Shown here piece after piece: positions 41,109-50,519 of a stretch of 64,000 nucleotides of DNA. A program made the translations under genes and the position numbers. The notes beneath the pieces are model-generated. The model was given only the letters and a program-made list of their open reading frames with translations, did no database searches and was not told where the DNA came from. The DNA is from Candidatus Woesebacteria bacterium. GTDB lineage: Bacteria; Patescibacteriota; Microgenomatia; UBA8517. The DNA lies in NCBI GenBank assembly GCA_963784785.1, contig CAWASW010000007.1:2394-66393 (forward strand), in the 5' to 3' direction. Numbering within the stretch: the first letter of the stretch is position 1; each line of letters opens with the position of its first letter.

Positions 41109-42038
41109 TTATTTCCCCCTTCCGTGGAAGGTTTCGTGGATGTCGTGGAGCTGTTTATTTGTAACGTGAGTATAGATTTGTGTAGTTGATATATTTTTAT
41201 GCCCCAGCATCTCTTGAATACTTCTTAAATCTGCACCCGCGTTAAGTAAATCTGAGGCAAAACTGTGGCGGATCCCGTGAGGCGTAATTTCGACCGGAAG
41301 TTTAATTTTACGCACATATTTTTTCACCAAACGTTCAACTGATCGGGGAGTGAGGCGCATTTTATTGTCCTCCATTGTAGGATCAACATGGCCTTTATGA
41401 CGAATAAACAGAGGTTTAAAATGATCTTTCCTTTCTGCAATATATCTTTTTAAGTATTCACAAGCACGAGATGATAAAAACACGACTCTAGCCCTCCCGC
41501 CTTTTCCAGTAATACCAAATTCTCTGCGTTCAAAATCAATTTTTTCAATGTTTAATCCTGTAAGTTCTGATACACGAAGGCCTGTAGAAAACAAAACTTC
41601 CAATATTGCCTTGTCTCTTATGCCTTGGATATCTGACATCGTGGGAGCATTCAAAAGTCTATCGACCTGCTCACCATTCAAGAATTTAACTTGTCTATCA
41701 GGAATTTTCGGTAGCTCAATTTTATCAGGTGCCATTACTTGGTAGTCGTTGCGTATTAACCACTTTAAAAACGATCGTAGTGCGATTGCATGGTATCCTT
41801 GAGTCTTTTTACCAAGTCCAAGCTTTGCCAAATATGCTCTAAAATCATGAATTGTATCCTGTTTTATGTCTTGGAGTTCCCCTTTACTATTTCCTCTAGT
41901 TATCCATTCATCTAATCTACTAAGATAATGCTTGTAGTTACGTATCGTTAGGGGAGAGCATCCTTTTTCAACAGATAAATAGTCTAAGAATTCATCAATC
42001 TTTTTTGATATTTCAGAGTTTGTTATTTGACTGGGCAT
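41109..42038 (-). CDS. xerC: tyrosine site-specific recombinase (XerC/XerD-like integrase)
   Basis: C-terminal HGIRHSFASDLLNAGADLRSIQEMLGHKNISTTQIYTHV with a catalytic R...HxxR...Y arrangement. Confidence 0.85.
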   Translation of the reverse strand: MPSQITNSEISKKIDEFLDYLSVEKGCSPLTIRNYKHYLSRLDEWITRGNSKGELQDIKQDTIHDFRAYLAKLGLGKKTQGYHAIALRSFLKWLIRNDYQVMAPDKIELPKIPDRQVKFLNGEQVDRLLNAPTMSDIQGIRDKAILEVLFSTGLRVSELTGLNIEKIDFERREFGITGKGGRARVVFLSSRACEYLKRYIAERKDHFKPLFIRHKGHVDPTMEDNKMRLTPRSVERLVKKYVRKIKLPVEITPHGIRHSFASDLLNAGADLRSIQEMLGHKNISTTQIYTHVTNKQLHDIHETFHGRGK

Positions 42039-42526
42039 CGTCTATATAATTAGTTTATATTGAGCGGAGCCGAAATGTCAATAACATTGTGCGACACCAT
42101 AGCAAGGTCTGACCTTATCATTTTTCACGCATGAAAGAAAGAGGGGAGGGGTACTACCCTATTTGATAGGGTAAATTTTCAATGATCAAATTCCAACATC
42201 CAAACAATTACAAGGTCGCAAATACAAAATTACAAAATACACAAATAAAACATGTTTAATTATATTAAATTATTTACAATGCAGAGTTTTATGAATTTTG
42301 ACGTTTGATATTTAAAATTTGCTTGATCATTGGGGTTTGATCATTGGTTATTGAGGCCATATTTATGACCTCGTGTAGTCAATTCTAAGGCCTCTGTTTT
42401 ATTAAAGACGACGTACAATCCTTTTCATTTATTCCCGTATTTTTGGGATAATACAGGACTCCTCCAAAAATTAGCGTTTAGGGGATAGCGTATAGGGTTT
42501 AGAGGCACAAACCATAATTAAAAGCC

Positions 42527-42620
42527 AAATGCTAAAAAGGCGAATGATAAATGAAGAAAAACTTATATGTATATGGAGATTATTTCATTTAGCATTTATA
42601 TTTTTATAATTTAGCATTTA
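42527..42620. repeat. iteron-like repeats TTTAGCATTT(A): one inverted plus two direct copies
   Basis: AAATGCTAAA at 42527..42536 (inverted), TTTAGCATTTA at 42588..42598 and 42610..42620 (direct, 22-bp spacing), within the 880-bp non-coding tract upstream of the recombinase gene. Confidence 0.5.
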
Positions 42621-42923
42621 CACACCACTCCTCTCAGCCCCATACTTTACGTCGTAAAAGTATTATTGTACGACATAAGTTTTCTAGAGATATTTAAGTG
42701 TTATTACGACGAGGACTACATACATGTCACATATGAGACATTAGAGAAATTTAATATAACTATTTATCTAGTTATCTATTCATCTAGTTCCCCAAAGAAG
42801 CTATGCTCTCAACTTATCCACACAAGTAGTACAAACTATATCATTTCGTGAAAACTCTTCCCCATCTCGTGAAAATATAACCTATAATTATGGGGTACTT
42901 TGAAGGCCACTCCTCTACTCTCC

Positions 42924-43703
42924 TTATTTACCCCACTGAGTTGCGAAAAACATTCCAATTAGGACTATTAATCCAACTGTAAGATACTCACGAATTGCGT
43001 TGGGAAATAATCTGTCTTCAAGCCTAGTCTGACCTAGACCTAAGAGCATGTATACCCCGCTGGTAAGAAATAATGAGCCTACAACTACCGTAACTGGCCA
43101 GAAAAATATCATTATTGATAGTTCTGTTAAAATTACGCTTGAGATAATCGTCATATTTCTGACATTTTTATCAATTTTCTTTTCAAGATCTATAGACCAA
43201 AATCCTTGCAGTAGCAATAGAAATGATATAAGAAAAACTAGTGGAGCAGTAACTAATACACTTTGTCTAATAGAAAGTACTGCATCAAACAGCAAAAATG
43301 ATGTGATTAGAGTCAGAACAAAACCGACTCCCCGTGCGGCACGCAACAGTGCAATGGTTTTAGATGATGAAACTGTATAGATATTCATTGTGGAAAGTAA
43401 AACATATATTCCAATTGCAAAAAAAATAATAATTGGAATTCTTGTAAAAATGTTTACTGGCAAGAGAAACCAAAATATACCAACACCTAAAGTGAAGGCC
43501 ATTGGTAAAATTAATGAAACTAAAGTCATATTAAGATTCATTCCTTCATAGAATGACCAAAAGGAGAAAAGTCCTGTAACTAAAACCAAAAGAGCAATTG
43601 CAGGAAATTTGTAAATTGAATCGACAAACTGTATGCTACCAAAACCAAAAACAAGCACCAACGAGGATATTAAGAATCTAATTCTTTTGGATATTCCTAA
43701 CAT
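42924..43703 (-). CDS. polytopic membrane protein (259 aa, about 8 TM), function unknown
   Basis: Hydrophobic throughout, no known motif. Confidence 0.5.
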   Translation of the reverse strand: MLGISKRIRFLISSLVLVFGFGSIQFVDSIYKFPAIALLVLVTGLFSFWSFYEGMNLNMTLVSLILPMAFTLGVGIFWFLLPVNIFTRIPIIIFFAIGIYVLLSTMNIYTVSSSKTIALLRAARGVGFVLTLITSFLLFDAVLSIRQSVLVTAPLVFLISFLLLLQGFWSIDLEKKIDKNVRNMTIISSVILTELSIMIFFWPVTVVVGSLFLTSGVYMLLGLGQTRLEDRLFPNAIREYLTVGLIVLIGMFFATQWGK

Positions 43704-43705
43704 AT

Positions 43706-44416
43706 TTAAAAATTGCTGTACACCTTTTGTACATCATCATGGTCTTCAAGAGACTCAAGAAAGTTTGTTAATTTCTCAATATGATCATTATCATCAATTT
43801 CAACATAGTTTTTAGGAACCATTGTTAGTTCTGTTCTTATTACAACAAATCCTTTTTCTTCAATTTTTTTCTTTTCTAGACTTAATTGATCTGGACTCAC
43901 ATATACCTCTAATCCAACTTCAGAATCCTGTATATCTTCTACTCCTAAATCAATTAGACTTAGCATCTGGGAATCAACATCTTCACTTTTTTGAAGTAAT
44001 AGATAGCCCTTGTGCTCAAAATTGTAGGAAACTGCACCAGGACCGGCGATATTTCCGCCAGCTTTCTCAAATATATTTTTAAATTCCTGTGCAGAACGAT
44101 TTTTATTATCTGTAACGACTTCAACCAAAACACCAACACCATACGGTCCAAAACCCTCGTACATTATCTCTTCGATATTTTCCATTTTGCTTTCTGCAGA
44201 TTTTAAAATCCTGTCGATATTATCCTTAGGCATGTTGGACTCTTTAGCCTTATCAATTGCAATTCTCAACTTAAAATTCATGTCTGGATTAGTTCCACCA
44301 CCTGATTTAATTGCTATTGAAATGTTTTTGGAGAGTTTTCCAAAGACGTTGCCTTTAGCAGCGTCTTTTAAACCTTTTTGTCTTTTAATTGTTGCAAAAT
44401 GTGAATGTCCTGACAT
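43706..44416 (-). CDS. yebC: YebC/PmpR-family transcriptional regulator
   Basis: MSGHSHFATIKRQKGLKDAAKGNVFGKL is a typical YebC N-terminus; start trimmed to this Met. Confidence 0.85.
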   Translation of the reverse strand: MSGHSHFATIKRQKGLKDAAKGNVFGKLSKNISIAIKSGGGTNPDMNFKLRIAIDKAKESNMPKDNIDRILKSAESKMENIEEIMYEGFGPYGVGVLVEVVTDNKNRSAQEFKNIFEKAGGNIAGPGAVSYNFEHKGYLLLQKSEDVDSQMLSLIDLGVEDIQDSEVGLEVYVSPDQLSLEKKKIEEKGFVVIRTELTMVPKNYVEIDDNDHIEKLTNFLESLEDHDDVQKVYSNF

Positions 44417-44445
44417 ACTATATATCAATTATACAACATACTAAG

Positions 44446-45057
44446 ATGGAAGAAAACCTTACGCAAAAAGCTATTACTGCAGCATTAAATTGCAACTGGA
44501 AGGAAGCAATAGCATTGAACCAATTAATTTTGGACAGGGAGCCACTCGACGTAGATGCAATGAATAGATTAGCCAAATCTTTTTTTGAAAATGGTGAGGT
44601 GAATAAAGCTAGGAAGACATCAAAGGAAGTACTCAAAATTAACCCTGATGACAATATTGCTAAAAATTCTATTAGAAAATATTCTCAAGCTAAACCAAAT
44701 CATAAAAAGCATACAAATAACGACATAGCATCATTTATTGAAGAGCCAGGCAAAACTAAGATAACTACGCTTATTAATCTGGGGTCTGAGGACGTGTACT
44801 CATGTCTGTGCCCTGGCGATGAAGTATTGCTAATACCTCATGCTCATAAGGTTTCAGTTACTACCACTAGCGGCAGTTATATTGGCAAGTTAACTGATGA
44901 TTTATCAGCAAGACTTAGAAACATGATCAAAAGCGGAAACAAATATAAGGTTATTATCAAATTAGCAAACAAAGATTGTGTAAGGATTTTTATAAAAGGT
45001 GATGTTGTATCTTTTCCTAGAGAGCAATCAGAATCTCTGAGCGAATTTAGCTCCTAA
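44446..45057 (+). CDS. hypothetical protein with TPR-like N-terminus
   Basis: Start trimmed to MEENLTQKA; helical repeat N-terminus, beta-rich C-terminus. Confidence 0.4.
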   Translation: MEENLTQKAITAALNCNWKEAIALNQLILDREPLDVDAMNRLAKSFFENGEVNKARKTSKEVLKINPDDNIAKNSIRKYSQAKPNHKKHTNNDIASFIEEPGKTKITTLINLGSEDVYSCLCPGDEVLLIPHAHKVSVTTTSGSYIGKLTDDLSARLRNMIKSGNKYKVIIKLANKDCVRIFIKGDVVSFPREQSESLSEFSS

Positions 45058-45825
45058 ACTTAATTTCAAATCCCCATTCAAATTTTTATCTAAGATTAAT
45101 TCGCAATTAAATAACTGTAAATAAATCTTTGCAATTTTTGAATTTTTAGTAACAATCTTGCAATCAAGTTCCTTATCATATCCTTTTGAGTTAGATGTTA
45201 TTTTTCCTCCAGTTGTTTCTATAATCTTTGATATTTTCTCTGCTAAAGTTGAATCTCCTGTTAAATCCTCTACTTCAATTTTAGGAACAGTCTGAACAAA
45301 TTGGTCTTCAACAAAGTTTATAAATACGTAATTTGGCAAATTACTTGATGAATCAAACTTCAAATCATATTCTGAAAATCTGTTTCTTGACAAAAACGCA
45401 CTAATTTTTTGATAAAGTGATAAATTGCTGTTCTTACCGTTCTTCCATAGAAAAACAGGCAGTGAATAGTTTTTAGTAATTGTTTCAGCTACTAATTTAC
45501 CTTCATTTTCGTCTTTCTGACTCAAAGTCCAGAGGCTTCCTAATTTATAGTTCCCGTATGATCGAGCTGAATCTAGTTCATTCTCTGCAGGTATCAGATA
45601 TCTGATCGTTTTGTCTGCCTTAGGGTCGACAATAATAATTTCCGCATCCCCTACTCCAACTTTATTTACATAGATGAACTTATCTAAGGTTAAAACTCGA
45701 AAAATCAAAAACACAAAATATCCAAGTAAAATAAAAATTAAAAGTACAAAAAATATTTTTATGCTTCTGTTACTTTTGATACTTTTGGTACCTTTTATAC
45801 TTTTTCGATAATTAAATCTTCGCAT
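45028..45825 (-). CDS. hypothetical membrane-anchored protein
   Basis: Basic N-terminus plus one TM segment (IFFVLLIFILLGYFVFLIF), then an extracytoplasmic domain. Confidence 0.4.
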   Translation of the reverse strand: MRRFNYRKSIKGTKSIKSNRSIKIFFVLLIFILLGYFVFLIFRVLTLDKFIYVNKVGVGDAEIIIVDPKADKTIRYLIPAENELDSARSYGNYKLGSLWTLSQKDENEGKLVAETITKNYSLPVFLWKNGKNSNLSLYQKISAFLSRNRFSEYDLKFDSSSNLPNYVFINFVEDQFVQTVPKIEVEDLTGDSTLAEKISKIIETTGGKITSNSKGYDKELDCKIVTKNSKIAKIYLQLFNCELILDKNLNGDLKLSLGAKFAQRF

Positions 45826-47467
45826 GTGATAATCTCATACTTTTTAATGATTTATTAACATTTTCATTAGTTCTACCCATTGAGATTAAAATGTTTTTGA
45901 TAATTGATGTTGCTGCTTCAAATTCCGGCTGCACCAATTTATCAACTCTTAAATTTTTAAGTTTTTCATAGTCTTCATCCAGATGTACACGGGATATTAT
46001 TCTGGTTGTTGGAGAAAGAGTTTGAACGTGAGCTATTACCGATTCCTGAGAAATTCTATCAGGAATTGCAATAACAACTGCTTTTGCCTGCAACAATCCA
46101 GCAATTTTCAATACTTCTTTTTCGATAGGATCTCCATGAATCGCTTTAATGCCTTTTTTAATGCAATCCTGAACAATTTTTGGATCTAGATCGATTACTA
46201 CAAAATCTATACCCTGATCTACCAAAGATTTGCCTACCCAGCCACCTACTCTACCGTAGCCACAAATTATTATATGATTTGATAAATTCAAATCTTCTTT
46301 TTGGTTCTTATCAAAGGAAGACATAAAATCAAATTTTGACGAAAGATACCTCCAAACTGGTATGGCTAATTTGTATATAAATGGAGTTAAAATTAAAGTT
46401 ACAAGTGTCACCGCGATACCAAGTGATGAAATTCTATCAGTAATCAAATTTAGAGAGCTAGCAGCAGTAAATAATATAAACGAAAATTCTCCTACCTGAG
46501 ACAAGCCGAAGGCCGTCACAATGATTGTCTTACCCTTAAACCTCATCCATTGGTTGATAATAACAATAATTAATATCTTTGAAATTATTACTAACAAAGA
46601 AACAAAAAGTATCATTCCTAAATTCGAGTAAATGTAAGAAAAACTTACAAAAAATCCTAATGTTACAAAAAATAATGCTGCAAACAAATCACGTAGCGGT
46701 CTGGTTTCAGCGAATACTGCATGATTTTCTTGAGACTCCGATATTACAAACCCAGCAATAAACGCTCCAAGACTTGCTGAAATTCCAAACTGAGATACTG
46801 CCATTGCCGTCCCCACAGCAAGTGTCACTGAAGTTAAGACCATTAGTTCTCTAGAATTTAGAATGGCTACTTTATGTATTAGAAATGGAACAATCTTTTT
46901 ACCAAGAACTACTGCTACAACAATAATTAGAATCGCTTTTAATATAGCAATTATTCCAAGCATGACAGCTCCTTCCTGATTCAAGGACAAAATAGGTAAA
47001 ATTATCATCATTGGAATAACGGCCAAATCCTGAATTAATAACCAACCAACCATCAACTTTCCATGCACAGTTTCAGATTCACCTCTATCAATTAGTGTTT
47101 TAACGACTACAGCAGTTGATGATAGTGAAAAACCTAATCCAAGGATAATTGAGGTTATGTTATCAAAGGAAAATAATCTAAAAACAACAAAGAAAAATAG
47201 TGTTACCAAAATCATTTGAAGCGTTGAGGCTACTAATATCCGTTTAATCGCAGAGCCATACTTACTTATTGAAAGTTCAAGCCCAATTGAAAACAAAAGT
47301 AATATTGCCCCTAGCTCTGCTAATTTCTCCACTTCAAATGAGTAAACAGGTAATAAAGATTTTGCAGTAACTCCAGCTAAAATATAACCAATAATCGGTT
47401 GAAGCTTTAAACGTTTGGCTAAATAGCCGCCTAACAAAGCTGAGAGGATAACTACAAATAATTGCAT
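45812..47467 (-). CDS. CPA2-family cation:proton antiporter with C-terminal TrkA-N (KefB-like)
   Basis: A 12-TM Na+/H+ exchanger-type domain, then the Rossmann motif IIICGYGRVGGWVGKSL. Confidence 0.8.
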   Translation of the reverse strand: MQLFVVILSALLGGYLAKRLKLQPIIGYILAGVTAKSLLPVYSFEVEKLAELGAILLLFSIGLELSISKYGSAIKRILVASTLQMILVTLFFFVVFRLFSFDNITSIILGLGFSLSSTAVVVKTLIDRGESETVHGKLMVGWLLIQDLAVIPMMIILPILSLNQEGAVMLGIIAILKAILIIVVAVVLGKKIVPFLIHKVAILNSRELMVLTSVTLAVGTAMAVSQFGISASLGAFIAGFVISESQENHAVFAETRPLRDLFAALFFVTLGFFVSFSYIYSNLGMILFVSLLVIISKILIIVIINQWMRFKGKTIIVTAFGLSQVGEFSFILFTAASSLNLITDRISSLGIAVTLVTLILTPFIYKLAIPVWRYLSSKFDFMSSFDKNQKEDLNLSNHIIICGYGRVGGWVGKSLVDQGIDFVVIDLDPKIVQDCIKKGIKAIHGDPIEKEVLKIAGLLQAKAVVIAIPDRISQESVIAHVQTLSPTTRIISRVHLDEDYEKLKNLRVDKLVQPEFEAATSIIKNILISMGRTNENVNKSLKSMRLSHAKI

Positions 47468-47476
47468 TAACTAATA

Positions 47477-48193
47477 CTAAGGCATTTTCACGAGCTTTTC
47501 CAGCACTTCACGAAGATCAGGAGTTAAATCTGATGTAAAATCCATCTTTTTCTTTGACAATGGATTCAAAAAAGTGATTCCACCAGCATGCAAAAAAAGT
47601 CTTGAACACCATTTTCTATCGTGTCTAGCAGTCTTTCTACCTGCGTAAAATTCGTCACTAACTATTGGAAAACCCAAATGTTTAAGATGTATACGTATTT
47701 GATGTGTCCTTCCAGTTTTTGGTTTAAGTTCCAAAAGTGTGAGATTTTCATTGGAAATTGGGAGTTGGAAATTGGAAATTACGCTGTATTCCGTAACAGC
47801 GTCCCGTCCCCCTGCCATTACTCCAAATCTATCTCTTCTCCATGGAAGTCTTCCGACTGGTTCATTTATAATTCCTTCTGATGGCTCCACTTTTCCATGA
47901 ACTAATGCAACATATGTCTTATGGACTAGACGGTCTTTAAACTGCCGTTGAAGATCCTCAAGAGCAGCGTTCGTCTTAGCTATCAAAAGTAGGCCAGATG
48001 TTTCCTTATCCAATCTGTGCACTATACCATTCCTAAATTGAAAATTGTTAATTGGAAATTGGAAATTCTCTGCCACCCACTCCTGTATCACAGGTTGACC
48101 TTTAGTTGTGGCGGCAGAGTCCGTTATCCAACCAGAAGGTTTCTCCACAACAAAAAAACTCTCGTCTTCAAATATTATCTTTGGATCAGCCAT
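47477..48193 (-). CDS. rluA: RluA-family pseudouridine synthase
   Basis: Catalytic HRLDKETSGLLLIAK and TGRTHQIRIHL motifs are present. The gene contains two in-frame short tandem repeat insertions (see findings). Confidence 0.85.
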   Translation of the reverse strand: MADPKIIFEDESFFVVEKPSGWITDSAATTKGQPVIQEWVAENFQFPINNFQFRNGIVHRLDKETSGLLLIAKTNAALEDLQRQFKDRLVHKTYVALVHGKVEPSEGIINEPVGRLPWRRDRFGVMAGGRDAVTEYSVISNFQLPISNENLTLLELKPKTGRTHQIRIHLKHLGFPIVSDEFYAGRKTARHDRKWCSRLFLHAGGITFLNPLSKKKMDFTSDLTPDLREVLEKLVKMP

Positions 48194-48247
48194 ATGGAGC
48201 TATTGTACTACTAATTATCTAATCAACCAATTAACTAATTCGCTAAA

Positions 48248-48628
48248 TTACTTCTCTCTTCTTTTTTCACACTTAACACACTTTGTAGCTTCAAGAAATA
48301 CTGCTAGTCTGTCAGTATCAATCATCTTTCCACAATCCTCACAAATGCCATATTTACCTTTCTTAACTCTATCCAATGCCTTTTTTATTTGAAGGGCTTT
48401 ATTATTAAGTTCAGTTTTAATTGCTGTAACTCTAGCATGACCATATTGTTCTTCAGCTTCGGTATCGCTTGCTGCATTATCTAAATCTCTTGTTTTATCA
48501 TTGAATGGATCTTCTGTAGATATCTTCTTTTTATTTAAACGAAGTGCAACTAATTTCTCAGTCAAAAATTTGTGAATTGGAGTAAGTAAACTTTTAGGAA
48601 ATTTTGTTTCTTCTTTTATTTTCTTCAT
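48248..48628 (-). CDS. DksA/TraR-family C4 zinc-finger protein
   Basis: C-terminal CEDCGKMIDTDRLAVFLEATKCVKCEKR preceded by a coiled-coil. Confidence 0.65.
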   Translation of the reverse strand: MKKIKEETKFPKSLLTPIHKFLTEKLVALRLNKKKISTEDPFNDKTRDLDNAASDTEAEEQYGHARVTAIKTELNNKALQIKKALDRVKKGKYGICEDCGKMIDTDRLAVFLEATKCVKCEKRREK

Positions 48629-49314
48629 TCTGATTTTCTTGATAAATTATACAACACAATAGTTAACAGTAAAGCGGTACTTAATGAAAAGTATATTTCA
48701 AATGAACCAGCAAAGGACATAGTGTCTCTAAAAAATAAGGATAGCAATCCTCTTGATACAAAAAAAACAATTGCAGTCACTATCCCCGAAAAGCCAACAC
48801 GACCAGATTTATACCAGTTAAACCCCCTGTAAATTGAATCTAAAAAGAAATATAAAAAGATACATAAAATTGTGATCCAAAAAGAAAGGAAGGAAGACAG
48901 GCTAGATCTGTAGATTGCATCATTGGCATAAATTAATGAAATCCATGGCAGCATCCCAATTACTAATGCTTCAAAAGATTCAAAAAACTTCATCTTTTGC
49001 TTTTTAATAGTTAAGACAAAACCAATTGCAGTACCAATAATAGCTAGCCAAAACCAAAAAGAGCTTAAAATATATTTAGAAATAATCAAAAATACAAACT
49101 GAAATACAACGACTATTCCAGCCAAATTAAATACCTTTTCATAATGGTAGTCCTCTTTAAGAGTTCTCCAAAGCATAAAAAACAAAAATAGAATGCCTAT
49201 TATATTTGCAATTACCATCATGATCATAATATCATAGAAGGACGATGCTAGAAACACCACATGTAGCAGTAGGAATAGCCATAGCAGCAGCAATTCCAAA
49301 CCCACTAATATCAA
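48625..49314 (-). CDS. polytopic membrane protein, unknown
   Basis: 229 aa, about 7 TM. Confidence 0.45.
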   Translation of the reverse strand: MILVGLELLLLWLFLLLHVVFLASSFYDIMIMMVIANIIGILFLFFMLWRTLKEDYHYEKVFNLAGIVVVFQFVFLIISKYILSSFWFWLAIIGTAIGFVLTIKKQKMKFFESFEALVIGMLPWISLIYANDAIYRSSLSSFLSFWITILCIFLYFFLDSIYRGFNWYKSGRVGFSGIVTAIVFFVSRGLLSLFFRDTMSFAGSFEIYFSLSTALLLTIVLYNLSRKSE

Positions 49315-49328
49315 TACCTCTTGCCTTT

Positions 49329-49691
49329 ATGAGCCATTTTATTTTAGACATGACACCGCATTGGAATCCACATTTAAATTCTGAAACAAAAAGATATGGG
49401 CAACTTACAAATAGTACGTTATTAATTATTGGTTTTGATTTAGCTTGCGCAGCAATATTAACTGCCTATATAGGTAGAAGGGATTTAATAATTTATATGG
49501 CTTCTTTCGCGGCAATACTGCCAGACATTGTTGAGGGACCTTATTATTTGTTTGGATTTAAAAATAAATACTTAGAAATTTGGAGAAAATTCCAAAAATC
49601 AATTCAATCTGACGCAAATGTTTTTTGGGGACTAACTACTCAAATTTTAACGCTCCTTGCCGCTTTTTTTTGGTTCTTTGCCGTCAAGTAA
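49329..49691 (+). CDS. small membrane protein, unknown
   Basis: Start trimmed to MSHFILDMTPHW to remove overlap with the preceding gene. Confidence 0.35.
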   Translation: MSHFILDMTPHWNPHLNSETKRYGQLTNSTLLIIGFDLACAAILTAYIGRRDLIIYMASFAAILPDIVEGPYYLFGFKNKYLEIWRKFQKSIQSDANVFWGLTTQILTLLAAFFWFFAVK

Positions 49692-49801
49692 TCTATCTAT
49701 TTCCTTATTTATATCTGCATTAACCATGATCAATTTATTTCTACGCAATTTACTTTTTAAAGCTTCTGCTAACTGAGTCTCAACACTTTTATTGTTTTTC
49801 T

Positions 49802-50371
49802 TCATTCTTTTGCCCTTTCTACATAATCACCAGTTCTTGTGTCTACTCTAATTGTCTCCCCTACTTTGATAAAAAGTGGGACTTTAACCATTAGTCCATT
49901 TTCCATGGTTGCAGATTTTAGATAGTTACTTGCAGTATTTCCTTTTACACCAGGATCGCAATCAATAACTTTTAGGTTAATTTTAGGAGGAAGATCAACT
50001 GACATTGCTCTATCTCCCCAGAATAAAATGTCACATTCTCCACCTTCCTTAATAAAGTTGACATCTGTGCCTAAAATTGCGATTGGTACTTCAATTTGTT
50101 CATAATTTTCATTGTTCATGAAATAAACAATTTTTTCGTCCTTGTATAAATACTGAAGTTTCTTTTTGTTTAAAGTAATAAGTTCAAAAGAAAGGTTCGA
50201 AGAAAAAGCATGCTCAACATTCGCACCATTCTTTAAGTTAATACAGTTGACACGAACGGTGGCTCCGCCACGTCCCATTTTAATAAGCTGATATTTTGTC
50301 ACTTTGAATGGTTTTCCCTCATATATAAAGGCAATTCCAGCCTTAAGTGAAGTAGCATTAATGTTTGCCAT
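49802..50371 (-). CDS. efp: elongation factor P
   Basis: 189 aa with KMGRGGATVR (EF-P KPGKG loop region) and a three-domain length. Confidence 0.9.
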   Translation of the reverse strand: MANINATSLKAGIAFIYEGKPFKVTKYQLIKMGRGGATVRVNCINLKNGANVEHAFSSNLSFELITLNKKKLQYLYKDEKIVYFMNNENYEQIEVPIAILGTDVNFIKEGGECDILFWGDRAMSVDLPPKINLKVIDCDPGVKGNTASNYLKSATMENGLMVKVPLFIKVGETIRVDTRTGDYVERAKE

Positions 50372-50519
50372 ATTAAGCCGGATTATACCTCAAAAAATAT
50401 TGTGTTGCAAAGAAGTCCTTGAGATATGTTGATCGTATCCTCAAGGACTTCTTTATTTATTACTATACCTACGGACCAATGCCGAGGCTTTGAGCAGTAA
50501 GTGTGAGATAACCCCACAC

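Noticed and set aside
42039-42923. Calling the non-coding tract the chromosomal oriC
   Set aside because: Only one perfect DnaA box, and neither dnaA nor dnaN is in the window. An attachment or regulatory region for the adjacent recombinase is equally plausible, so it is reported as a finding, not a feature call.
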